DNA of 23,707 nt from Candidatus Margulisiibacteriota bacterium (GCA_034723395.1 JAYEOW010000053.1:1-23707); one strand, 5' to 3'; numbered from the stretch's first letter, positions 1 to 7,932 are shown. Notes: a model not told the origin generated them from the sequence alone. A program made the numbers and translations.

Positions 1-164
1 CAGGGCTTTAAATAGTACTAGCGGAATGTTGAGCGAACGGAGTGAGTCGAAACATGGAGCCGAGGAGCCCATTCGACTCATCGCTTCGCGCCTCGCTCAG
101 GGCTTTAAATAGTACTAGCGGAATGTTGAGCGAACGGAGTGAGTCGAAACATGGAGCCGAGGAG
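1..164. repeat. 97-bp-period tandem repeat downstream of tRNA-Ala, containing the tRNA 3' end and a REP-like palindrome (cut by window edge)
   Basis: 1-67 is identical to 98-164. TGGAGCCGAGGAG (55-67) equals tRNA 152-164. Nested inverted repeats: TTCGACTCA 72-80 / TGAGTCGAA 140-148 and TCGCTCA 93-99 / TGAGCGA 127-133, with TAGTACTA at 110-117 in the centre. Confidence 0.9.
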
Positions 165-224
165 GATCGAACTCCTGACCTCCGGAATGCAAATCCGGCG
201 CTCTCCCAGCTGAGCTACGGCCCC
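152..224 (-). tRNA. tRNA-Ala (TGC), CCA not encoded
   Basis: Reverse complement GGGGCCGTAGCTCAGCTGGGAGAGCGCCGGATTTGCATTCCGGAGGTCAGGAGTTCGATCCTCCTCGGCTCCA folds as a cloverleaf. Anticodon loop TTTGCAT; G3:U70 Ala identity pair present. Confidence 0.97.
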
Positions 225-240
225 ACAACCGCTTCGCGGT

Positions 241-273
241 AATTTCCAAATGTCAAAATCCAAATGACAAATG
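241..273. repeat. Degenerate heptamer array (single arm)
   Basis: AATTTCC AAATGTC AAAATCC AAATGAC AAATG, a 7-nt period. Confidence 0.6.
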
Positions 274-284
274 AAGGAATAATT

Positions 285-313
285 ATTATACCTAATACCG
301 TCGATTGTTGCAA
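285..313 (-). promoter_or_regulatory. Sigma70 promoter of tRNA-Ala
   Basis: TTGCAA-17 nt-TATAAT on the minus strand, about 60 nt upstream of the tRNA. Confidence 0.75.
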
Positions 314-619
314 GGATGGCAGGATCCATTTCGATTGAAATTTCGATATCCATAAGCTTAACGGGAATGCATTGGCAATGCTGAAAAATCTTATCTCCTA
401 TCGAAATGCGGAGACTGGGGAGGGTTTTTTCTGGTCGGGGGCCCATGTGAAATTTAAGCTAAGATCAGGATATAGGCAAGGAATGCTAAATGACGTGGAT
501 GCCTTGTTACAATGAAATTAAAAACATTAAAGCTGTCCCGGTGAACATTGAACGGGTGATCATGGCTGAGATTCGTCCCGGATTGGACAGGACGGCGCAT
601 GAAGTTATGGAAACGTACA

Positions 620-1030
620 AAGGAGCGGCCACCAGCGACGCTCCCGAAGACAACCCAAAAAGTATCGCAGAGGTAGCGATCGCAACTTCGAAGTGATTGC
701 TGGCGCCGATCAGGGCCGATGGAGCGGCATCGCGATCATGGTGAATGGTTTTACGCACCAGTTAATAAAAAGGGCCAGGAGGACCGGCTTGGGGGTCTTG
801 CCCGCCTTGATCACTTCGGAAAAATCGATCTTGACCATGATCGGATACATCATGAAGAAGAGGGCGATGGGGATGGAGACTTGATAGATCGAGATGCGGT
901 CGAGGGTGATCGATGCCTGCGGGAATAGTTTGCCCAGGAGAATTCCCAGGCCGATACAGCCGATAACCCAGGCGGTCAGATATTTTTCAAAAAAGCTTAA
1001 CTGGCGTTCTTCGTAGACTACATGTTCCAT
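620..1030 (-). pseudogene. acr3: Acr3-family arsenite efflux transporter remnant with large internal deletion and frameshift
   Basis: The N-terminal ~98 aa ([29 protein letters not shown]) are joined, in another frame, to a C-terminal Acr3 motif ([26 protein letters not shown]). The central helices are absent. Confidence 0.85.
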
Positions 1031-1142
1031 GGATATTTTATTCTCTCACCGCCGGCTTTTTCTGTCAACCGAGCGGGACAAGCTTGCTTGTGTTTGAGAA
1101 ATAAAGGGTATAAAATCTACCTATAATCCAGGAGGTACAGTT

Positions 1143-1655
1143 ATGAAGAAAATAATCGTTGCTTTGCTAATCGTCTCTTTTGCTTCGGTCTGTTTCGCGA
1201 TGGGGACGGCGCCGCAGCCGAAGATAAGGACCGGGGATGGAGATTTAGACAAGGCGCTGATGGAAGTAGAAAAAAGGGCGGGGACAGCGGATGGGGCTAA
1301 AGCGGTAAGGAAAGAGCTGACCGAGCGGTACCAGGTTCGGGAGACGGACATCAATACTTTGAGGAAGCAGGGTTATACGCTAAGCGGGATCTATTATTGC
1401 GGCTTGTTGTCGAAGCAAAGCGGTCGGGGGATCAGGGAGATCGCGGCGCTGCGCGGGCAGGGGGTTGGCTGGGGAGTGATGGCGAAGCGGGTTGGAGCAA
1501 AGCCGGCGGATATTAACAAATTACGCGTAAGGATGCGCAAGGGGACGGCGATCAGGAAGAAGACAGTAGAGAGGAAGAAGGAGAGGATCAAGGTCTCTCC
1601 CGCTCAACCTGCTCCGCGGATGAGGACGGCTCCGGCGGGAAGAAGGGGGAGATAA
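1143..1655 (+). CDS. Hypothetical exported, highly basic protein
   Basis: RBS AGGAGG, signal peptide MKKIIVALLIVSFASVCFA, K/R-rich tail; 3 nt from the next gene. Confidence 0.8.
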   Translation: MKKIIVALLIVSFASVCFAMGTAPQPKIRTGDGDLDKALMEVEKRAGTADGAKAVRKELTERYQVRETDINTLRKQGYTLSGIYYCGLLSKQSGRGIREIAALRGQGVGWGVMAKRVGAKPADINKLRVRMRKGTAIRKKTVERKKERIKVSPAQPAPRMRTAPAGRRGR

Positions 1656-1658
1656 AAT

Positions 1659-2744
1659 ATGCTGTTTAAAAAGTTTTTAGTCTTATTGCTTGTTTGTGCT
1701 TTTATGGCGGGGAATGTTTTTGCCTGCACGGTATTCAAGGCGACGGCGAAGGACGGGTCGATCGTCAGCGCGCGGACGATGGAGTTTGGCTACGATGTCC
1801 AGTCGGAGATCGTAATTATCCCCCGGGGTAAAGAATTCGTAAGCCCGACGCCTGATAACAAGGCCGGCCTCGCGTGGAAGAACAAATACGGGTATGTGGC
1901 GGTGGATGGATACGGCGAGGATGTGGCGGTCTTTGACGGGTTAAACGAAGCCGGGCTCGCTTTTAGCGGGTTGTGGTACGAAAGCGACATGCAGTGGCAA
2001 AAGATCGCGAGCGGGGATGAGAAGCGGACTTTGGCGCATGCTTATTTAGGGGCATGGATCCTGGGCAATTTTTCTACAGTGGGGGAGCTTAAGGATGCGA
2101 TCAAGACGGTAAAGGTTTTTGGCGCGGTTGTCCCGCAGATGGGGATGGCGCCGCCTTTGCATTTCGCGGTCTATGACGCGAAAGGGGGCTCGATCGTGGT
2201 CGAATACGACTATGGGATGGTTAATGTTTATGACAATCCTTTAGGGGTAATGACCAACGCCCCCAATTTTCCGTGGCACCTGACCAATCTGCGCACTTAT
2301 GTCGCGATGTCTCCCGAGCAGGCGAAGCCGCAGGATTACGCCGGTATGAGGGTGAAGCAGATGGGGCATGGGAGCGGGATGTTCGGTTTGCCGGGTGATA
2401 TTACTCCGCCGAGCCGGTTTATCAAGATGGCGGTATTGCTTAAATACGCGGATGAGGTGAAGGATGCTAAAGGGGCGCTTAATCTATCGCGGCATGTTAT
2501 TAATAATGTAGATATTGTGAAGGGGACGGTGGTGGATAAGGATAAGGATGGGAAGGCTGTGGCTAGTGAGACGACCGAGTGGACGACCTTTCGCGATCTG
2601 ACGAACCGGGTTTTCTATTTTACGACTTATGATAATCTGACCATGAGGAAGGTCGATCTAAAAAGGGTCGATTTTAGCCGCGAGAAGACGCTCTCTATGT
2701 CAGCGGATGATGAAGTGATCATTGATTTGACGGAGAGGGAGTAA
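1659..2744 (+). CDS. Choloylglycine hydrolase / penicillin V acylase family (Ntn linear amide C-N hydrolase), exported
   Basis: Signal peptide ending VFA then catalytic C-T. Family motifs ARTMEF, DGLNEAGL, GVMTNAP and GLPGDITPPSRF. Confidence 0.93.
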   Translation: MLFKKFLVLLLVCAFMAGNVFACTVFKATAKDGSIVSARTMEFGYDVQSEIVIIPRGKEFVSPTPDNKAGLAWKNKYGYVAVDGYGEDVAVFDGLNEAGLAFSGLWYESDMQWQKIASGDEKRTLAHAYLGAWILGNFSTVGELKDAIKTVKVFGAVVPQMGMAPPLHFAVYDAKGGSIVVEYDYGMVNVYDNPLGVMTNAPNFPWHLTNLRTYVAMSPEQAKPQDYAGMRVKQMGHGSGMFGLPGDITPPSRFIKMAVLLKYADEVKDAKGALNLSRHVINNVDIVKGTVVDKDKDGKAVASETTEWTTFRDLTNRVFYFTTYDNLTMRKVDLKRVDFSREKTLSMSADDEVIIDLTERE

Positions 2745-2844
2745 AGCCGAGGGATTTTTCCTATAAAGGGCGCTTGCACCGAGAGAAATCGAGGTGTAAT
2801 ATTTGGGACGAATCATAGAAATAAACAATAAGGAGGGGTAATTT

Positions 2845-3219
2845 ATGGAAGTAAAAACGCAGTGGATGAAATGCGGGAAAGAACCTGAATCTAAGTGGTG
2901 TAATCTTCTTACAGTTAATTTGGAACATGATCATTTTAACGACCTTGAAGGTATTTATATCATATGGCATGGTAGAAAAGAAGCGGTTAAGGCCGCAACC
3001 GTCCGTGTTGGACAAGGCATAATAAGGGATCGGCTTACAGAGCATAAGAGTAACGAAGAAATATTAAAATATAAACCTTATGAGCTTTACGTAACATGGG
3101 CAAAGATAGATAAGGTTTATCTTGATGGGGTCGAAAGATATCTAGCCGAGGTGCTCAAGCCAATAGTTGGGTCTCGTTTTCCAGATGTTCAGCCCATAGA
3201 AATTAATTGGCCATGGTAA
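2845..3219 (+). CDS. Small hypothetical protein, GIY-YIG nuclease-like fold
   Basis: GIYII..VRVGQG.IRDRL..H...ERYL...LKP pattern; RBS GGAGGGG; promoter TTGCAC-17-TAATAT upstream. Confidence 0.65.
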   Translation: MEVKTQWMKCGKEPESKWCNLLTVNLEHDHFNDLEGIYIIWHGRKEAVKAATVRVGQGIIRDRLTEHKSNEEILKYKPYELYVTWAKIDKVYLDGVERYLAEVLKPIVGSRFPDVQPIEINWPW

Positions 3220-3238
3220 AAAAGGAAGGAGATTTAAA

Positions 3239-3802
3239 ATGTGCAAAAAGATAAGTTTGCTTCTTTTGTGTATTCTTCTCATTGGGTATGCTCCTCTATT
3301 TGCAGATGATAATAACCAGGAGCCCCTAATTAAAAACTACATTAATGAATATTATGGCTCTCAAAAATATCCCCCACTAAAAATTTCAACTGATAAAATT
3401 GATATTAATGATGATAAAGCAACTGTAGTGATACAAGTAACTTATGTTAAAAAATTGAATTTGGAGAAAATTGATGGAAAATGGTCCGTAAGGGACAAGA
3501 AGACGGAGAAAAAGCCTAAAAAAACAAAAGGATTAGGTATAACTGATTGGAAATGGAAGCAGAGCTACTCAAATATAGAAATACAAGGAGTCGTGCAGAA
3601 TAATACAGGTAAAACCGTAAGAAATGTTAAAATTTATATTACAGCGAGAGATGGGGATGGCGAGTATTTGGGTAATGCCTGGACATATTTATCACCAGAT
3701 TTTATTGCGCCAGGGGACAGCTCAAATTTTAAAACACATATAATGGATACAGAAAATACTACGGATTCATTGAAAATATCTTATAAATTTGATTATAGAT
3801 AA
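3239..3802 (+). CDS. Exported protein with C-terminal FxLYD-like (Ig-like) domain
   Basis: Signal peptide; C-terminal IQGVVQNNTGKTVRNVKIYITARDGDGEYLG...IAPGDSSNF. Confidence 0.75.
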   Translation: MCKKISLLLLCILLIGYAPLFADDNNQEPLIKNYINEYYGSQKYPPLKISTDKIDINDDKATVVIQVTYVKKLNLEKIDGKWSVRDKKTEKKPKKTKGLGITDWKWKQSYSNIEIQGVVQNNTGKTVRNVKIYITARDGDGEYLGNAWTYLSPDFIAPGDSSNFKTHIMDTENTTDSLKISYKFDYR

Positions 3803-3839
3803 TTGATTTCTTGCTTTTTCCTATAAAGGGCTTTTTTTG

Positions 3840-3941
3840 AAATCCGAAATCCGAATTTCCTAAATCCGAACAAGGAATAATTATAATAATATTAACATTG
3901 TTTGGACTTTCGGATTTTCGGACATTCGGACATTTGTTTGG
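3840..3941. repeat. Empty heptamer inverted-repeat element (AAATCCG units)
   Basis: Left arm AAATCCGAAATCCGAATTTCCTAAATCCGAACAA, right arm TTGTTTGGACTTTCGGATTTTCGGACATTCGGACATTT, with an AT-rich spacer. Confidence 0.8.
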
Positions 3942-4007
3942 TCTTGCTTTTTCCTGTAAAGGGCGTAAAATTTATTCAGATACATATCTAGTAAGGGGGT
4001 GAGAATT

Positions 4008-4298
4008 GTGCCAAAACGAAGTAAAAAAGGCAAAAGTAATCATGATAAGGCTGTATCAAGAAGTGCTGAATGGTATAAGGGGCAAGGATTTAAGGTAAAA
4101 GCAGATATAAAAGGCTGGAAAAAACCAAAAACAATAGGGGGATATATACCTGATTTAATTGCAAAAAAAGGGAAAAAAGAAATAGTCCTCGAAGTCGAGA
4201 CACCGCAAACGGTTGAAAAAGATCATGATCAGTGGCAAGCTTTTAAAGAATATGCTGATAGAAAGAGGCAGCGCGAAGCTAGGAAAAAGATAGTTTAA
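4008..4298 (+). CDS. Small basic protein with PD-(D/E)XK restriction-endonuclease-like fold
   Basis: IPDLIAKKGKKEIVLEVET motif. GTG at 4008 follows RBS GGGGGTGA (alternative start 3999). Confidence 0.7.
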   Translation: MPKRSKKGKSNHDKAVSRSAEWYKGQGFKVKADIKGWKKPKTIGGYIPDLIAKKGKKEIVLEVETPQTVEKDHDQWQAFKEYADRKRQREARKKIV

Positions 4299-4393
4299 AT
4301 TTCCCTTATCCTCCCATCCCCACATCTTTTTCTGTCAATGAAACAGGGGAGAGATTACTATTTTGGGAGAATAAGGAATAGTTTTAAAATATG

Positions 4394-5431
4394 TCAAACT
4401 AGTCCGACATTTTCTTTGAAAAAACCTAAGTTATGTTGATCTAAGAATTGGATTAAATCAAAAGGGTAGTATCCTGCCATACTTTTGAAAATATTCATTT
4501 TTGTACTAGCTAATTTGACGTTCAAATAAGCAATATTATTGTTTTTATCAATGCCATGTTTTTTCCCTTTTATTTGTAGCCTGACTGCCCCTTGTTTAAA
4601 TTCTTTGATTTCTTCATCTAACATTTTCCTTTTAAATTCTTCGGGGCTTAATGTATCTACAATATATAATTTTAGTCCATTTTTGAGGCCTGACTCGATG
4701 ACCTCGTTGATATGTTCATCCAAGAAACTATAGCCTATAACCAATAAGGATTGATTATCTTCTTGGAGATTCTGTTCAAAAATTATTTTATATTTATTTA
4801 GTAATGGCTCATTAGCTATTAATTTATTTTTTTCTCTTCCAATAACTAAGACTTTCTGTCCTGGCAAAATAGAACTATAGTATGTTGTCGATCCATGTAG
4901 CTTAAAATAATTTAGGTTATTTGATATGTCAGTAGTCTTTTCTAATTTATCGAGTTCTTTTTTTGAAGGCAATAATTTTGGGGACTTGTCGAATGGGTGG
5001 GCTTTTCGATTATCCGGAGAAAATGGAAGTTCAAATTGAAGGTCAATTGCAGTACCCTTAGTGCTAATAATGCTGGTTTCAAAACACAAATCTTGGTTTA
5101 GCGTAAAAATTGAAGCAACATGACTTTTAAGGAATTCACAAAAATTAATGGGTATCTGCGATCTGTTTATTAAATTCGCTTTAATGCTTTTTTCTTGGAG
5201 TTGATATGCCTTGTCGATTACCTCGATAAATGCAGGTAGATTCTTTTCGGATTTTAATACTTCATCATACAAATCTTCATAATTAAAATGTTTGTACGCG
5301 AGGTCTTTTAATTCTTTTGATATCTGTATGTTTTTATGATTAAATATGTACGCCCACATTTCATCGGCCAAAAAGCCACCAAAATTTTTTGTAAAGCCGG
5401 CTCCAGTTAATAAAATTATTCTTTTATCCAT
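4394..5431 (-). CDS. SIR2-like (SIR2_2-type) protein, probable NADase / defence-associated
   Basis: Motifs LLTGAGF, FTLNQD, FKLHGS and LVIGYSFLDEHIN; AT-rich. Confidence 0.88.
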   Translation of the reverse strand: MDKRIILLTGAGFTKNFGGFLADEMWAYIFNHKNIQISKELKDLAYKHFNYEDLYDEVLKSEKNLPAFIEVIDKAYQLQEKSIKANLINRSQIPINFCEFLKSHVASIFTLNQDLCFETSIISTKGTAIDLQFELPFSPDNRKAHPFDKSPKLLPSKKELDKLEKTTDISNNLNYFKLHGSTTYYSSILPGQKVLVIGREKNKLIANEPLLNKYKIIFEQNLQEDNQSLLVIGYSFLDEHINEVIESGLKNGLKLYIVDTLSPEEFKRKMLDEEIKEFKQGAVRLQIKGKKHGIDKNNNIAYLNVKLASTKMNIFKSMAGYYPFDLIQFLDQHNLGFFKENVGLV

Positions 5432-5484
5432 AATGCGTATTTATTCTCCCATCCCCATCTTTTTCTGTCAATGGAGGAGGGGGG

Positions 5485-5586
5485 ATAATGCCGAATTCCT
5501 AATGCCTAATGAAGAATGAATGAGTGCCTTCGGCACATTATTATATGACATTAGTTAGGCATTTATAATTAGGCATTTGGCATTAT
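5485..5586. repeat. Empty heptamer inverted-repeat element (AATGCCT units) with internal GTGCC-TTC-GGCAC mini-hairpin
   Basis: Left arm ATAATGCCGAATTCCTAATGCCTAATGAAGAATGAATG, right arm CATTAGTTAGGCATTTATAATTAGGCATTTGGCATTAT. Confidence 0.8.
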
Positions 5587-5633
5587 TGAATAGCCCCCCA
5601 TCTTTTTCTGTCAATCGTTATGGGAAGGGGGCG

Positions 5634-5661
5634 AGTAACGCGTAATGCGTAACGGGTAACG
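5634..5661. repeat. Heptamer array GTAACGC-like, about 4 units
   Basis: GTAACGC GTAATGC GTAACGG GTAACG directly beyond the stop codon of the 5665 gene. Confidence 0.65.
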
Positions 5662-5664
5662 AGA

Positions 5665-5982
5665 CTAATTCCCGAATTTATTGATCACGAATCCCAATCC
5701 GCCTCCGAGCAATACCAACATCACTCCGATCGGTACTAAAGTAAGTGCTTCCTCGAATCCGATCAATACGCCGACGGAGGCGAAGACGAGGAATGCGACT
5801 GCGATTCCTTTTAAAATAGGGGGGAGTTTTAGATTTGAAGTCGCAATAATAAAACCGACAACGACCCACATAATAAAAGCGGAAAGATTGGCGGAAATGG
5901 GGAGCTTTTGAATGATCATTGGGATTATGTCGATCGTTCCCGCGATGGCGCCGAAGAGGAGACCTATAATTATTTTCTTCAT
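5665..5982 (-). CDS. Small ~4-TM hypothetical membrane protein, paralog A
   Basis: Hydrophobic. 85/104 aa identical by hand alignment to 6737-7057. The ATG at 5982 is favoured by promoter position. Confidence 0.88.
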   Translation of the reverse strand: MKKIIIGLLFGAIAGTIDIIPMIIQKLPISANLSAFIMWVVVGFIIATSNLKLPPILKGIAVAFLVFASVGVLIGFEEALTLVPIGVMLVLLGGGLGFVINKFGN

Positions 5983-6052
5983 GGCCATATTTTGCCACCA
6001 CCTAATGGACGAGTCAAGGGGATGGGCGTTAGGCGAGGTGCGAAACCCGGTT

Positions 6053-6646
6053 TTAGGCAGGATTCCCTGTTATGATTGGAGGATTAAGCTTTCCTCCACA
6101 TTTGCCCTTTAAAAATACTTCAATTTCACGCATTGTTGTATCAATGGTTATGCCTTCACGCATTAAATTATGTGTTAGATACGATGGCCGCGCTAAATAT
6201 GCGCTTGGCATCGAGCTCTCAGGCTGATGAACCCCGCCAACCATCCAGCCAGACAAATTAGTGCCAGCGACAATTAAATTTTGCATAATTATGCCCGCAC
6301 TTCTAATATAAGTTTCTTTACCCGCTTCAAAGAGCAGTCTGATCCCTTCAATCTCAAGGCGCGTGCCTTTAAGTTCTGCTTTTCCTTGATGATCATAGGA
6401 AATAATTTTTAAGATAAAGTTCCTAACTCCAACATCTCCGTAATCTATAGCGCTCTCAAACATTTGTTCCATATCTTGGCACATAAATAATGTTTGAGCA
6501 CTCTCTCTGGCTTTGCTCGGATGAGCCAGGATATGCCTTATGCCTGTTTGTCGCCTAGCCGATAATTTATGTGTTCCTCTCCAGGCTTTAAATTCCCCCT
6601 GTTTACTAAATCGGCATTTTAGGTGTGTTGGTGTTATAAATGACAT
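6053..6646 (-). CDS. Hypothetical protein
   Basis: 197-aa ORF filling the gap between the paralogs, with promoter TTGACG-17-AAGAAT at 6735-6707. No recognised motif. Confidence 0.6.
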   Translation of the reverse strand: MSFITPTHLKCRFSKQGEFKAWRGTHKLSARRQTGIRHILAHPSKARESAQTLFMCQDMEQMFESAIDYGDVGVRNFILKIISYDHQGKAELKGTRLEIEGIRLLFEAGKETYIRSAGIIMQNLIVAGTNLSGWMVGGVHQPESSMPSAYLARPSYLTHNLMREGITIDTTMREIEVFLKGKCGGKLNPPIITGNPA

Positions 6647-6736
6647 GTTATCTCTCTTTCTATTTATCTGAACAAAAGGATAGGAATTTCATGTTAAAAA
6701 TTCCGCATTCTTCCACTCCCTACCAACCTCGTCAAG

Positions 6737-7057
6737 CTAGCCAGCGAATTTATCTACCACGTACCCCAATCCACCACCCAGTATCACAAGCATAATCCCA
6801 ATCGGCACCAGGCTTTTCGCTTCCTGAAACCCGATTAAAACGCCAACAGAAGCGAAAACAAGAAATGCGATCGCGATTCCCTTTAAAATAGGCGGGAGTT
6901 TGAGATTGGATGTCGCGATAAAGAGGCCGATAACTACCCACATAACAAACGCGGATAGATTTGCAGACAAAGGGAGTTTTTGAATAATCATCGGGATAAT
7001 ATCAATTATCCCTGCTAGGGCGCCGAAGAGGAGACCGATTAATATTTTCTTTCTCAT
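6737..7057 (-). CDS. Small ~4-TM hypothetical membrane protein, paralog B
   Basis: Paralog of 5665-5982 with mostly conservative substitutions. Confidence 0.88.
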   Translation of the reverse strand: MRKKILIGLLFGALAGIIDIIPMIIQKLPLSANLSAFVMWVVIGLFIATSNLKLPPILKGIAIAFLVFASVGVLIGFQEAKSLVPIGIMLVILGGGLGYVVDKFAG

Positions 7058-7120
7058 GCTGATAATTTTCGCACCACCAAACTTCTATGTCAAATTAAAA
7101 ACTCCAAGGGCCAATTGCTG

Positions 7121-7250
7121 CAAATAACAAGTTCCAAGCACCAAATCCCAAACAATACCAAAATCCCAATATTTAAATTCAAAACGTTTTGATCATTGGA
7201 ATTTGATATTTTGGTATTGTTTGATGCTTGTTATTTGTGATTTGCTATTT
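7121..7250. repeat. Empty heptamer-type long inverted-repeat element
   Basis: CAAATAACAAG 7121-7131 / CTTGTTATTTG 7227-7237; perfect 16-bp pair 7149-7164 / 7208-7223; central palindrome TCAAAACGTTTTGA 7179-7192. Confidence 0.85.
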
Positions 7251-7286
7251 GACGAGTCAAACGACAGGGGATGAGGAGATGGAATA

Positions 7287-7802
7287 TTACTTCCCGCTAA
7301 ATAATTCTGCCGCCGGACAACCAAGCTCTCTCTGCTTACAATACGAGCAGGCAAAACTGCTTCGGATATAACCGGTTATTGGGAATCCGAGGATGGCCAG
7401 CATAATAATAAGCCCTATGCGCAGCCAGTTGAAATCAATAATCGAAAGGATAATCCCGCCAATCAGGGGGATAAGCGTTACCAAAAAATCCGGTATTATC
7501 TGCCACCAGACGATCTTCTTTTCAATAAATCTCTTTGGATCGCCCTTCTTGAAAAATAGAGAACAAAGCAATCCCTTCCCCGAAAAACATAACTTACCGT
7601 AATAATAACAGTCTACACAGCTTTTCCTGAACAACCGGAATTCCAGTAAGATGCAATAGAGCAGATATGAGATCACGGCTAATAATCCAACTCCGCTCAG
7701 GATAACCGCACCGAGGATGTAGATCGATAAAGCGACCAGGGTTGAGAAAACTACGAAATGAAGAGGATAATTTTCATAACACTCGGTTTTATTTGTATGC
7801 AT
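7287..7802 (-). CDS. Hypothetical 4-TM membrane protein with two Cys clusters
   Basis: Hydrophobic segments; CVDCYYYGKLC and CSYCKQRELGCP. Confidence 0.85.
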   Translation of the reverse strand: MHTNKTECYENYPLHFVVFSTLVALSIYILGAVILSGVGLLAVISYLLYCILLEFRLFRKSCVDCYYYGKLCFSGKGLLCSLFFKKGDPKRFIEKKIVWWQIIPDFLVTLIPLIGGIILSIIDFNWLRIGLIIMLAILGFPITGYIRSSFACSYCKQRELGCPAAELFSGK

Positions 7803-7932
7803 ATGTATATTTTCGCATTAACGATTTAATTTGTAAAGTGATGATCTGTCGATATTAAGACGTTTTTTGGCACTACTGCCCATAGATTTGCTGGTAATAG
7901 AATTGCTGTATCTGTTTTTAAGGGGGTAATTT

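Larger units (their letters stand above)
2755..3964 (+). repeat. Three dispersed direct repeats (TCTTGC)TTTTTCCTRTAAAGGGC at 2755-2771, 3809-3831 and 3942-3964
   Basis: Read directly. The last copy continues as a promoter TTGCTT-16-TAAAAT (3944-3971). Confidence 0.85.
4306..5615 (-). repeat. Three dispersed direct repeats with core CATCTTTTTCTGTCAAT at 4306-4340, 5441-5473 and 5596-5615; related copy at 1038-1068
   Basis: Read directly. On the minus strand the 5441 copy is TTGACA-17-GAGAAT in front of the SIR2-like gene. Confidence 0.85.

Noticed and set aside
1..164. Possible CRISPR array
   Set aside because: The repeat is 67 bp or more and includes tRNA sequence. No variable spacers are demonstrable and there are no cas genes.
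42..446. ORFs 42-242 (+) and 105-446 (-)
   Set aside because: They overlap tRNA-Ala and the repeat, so they are spurious.
6661..6692. Alternative-sigma-like motif GAAATT-N14-CAGATAAA upstream of 6646
   Set aside because: Single occurrence in the window, and a sigma70-type promoter already explains expression.
2755..7260. Classical integron cassette array
   Set aside because: No intI in the window, and I could not find RYYYAAC...GTTRRRY attC ends. The genes lie on both strands with their own promoters.
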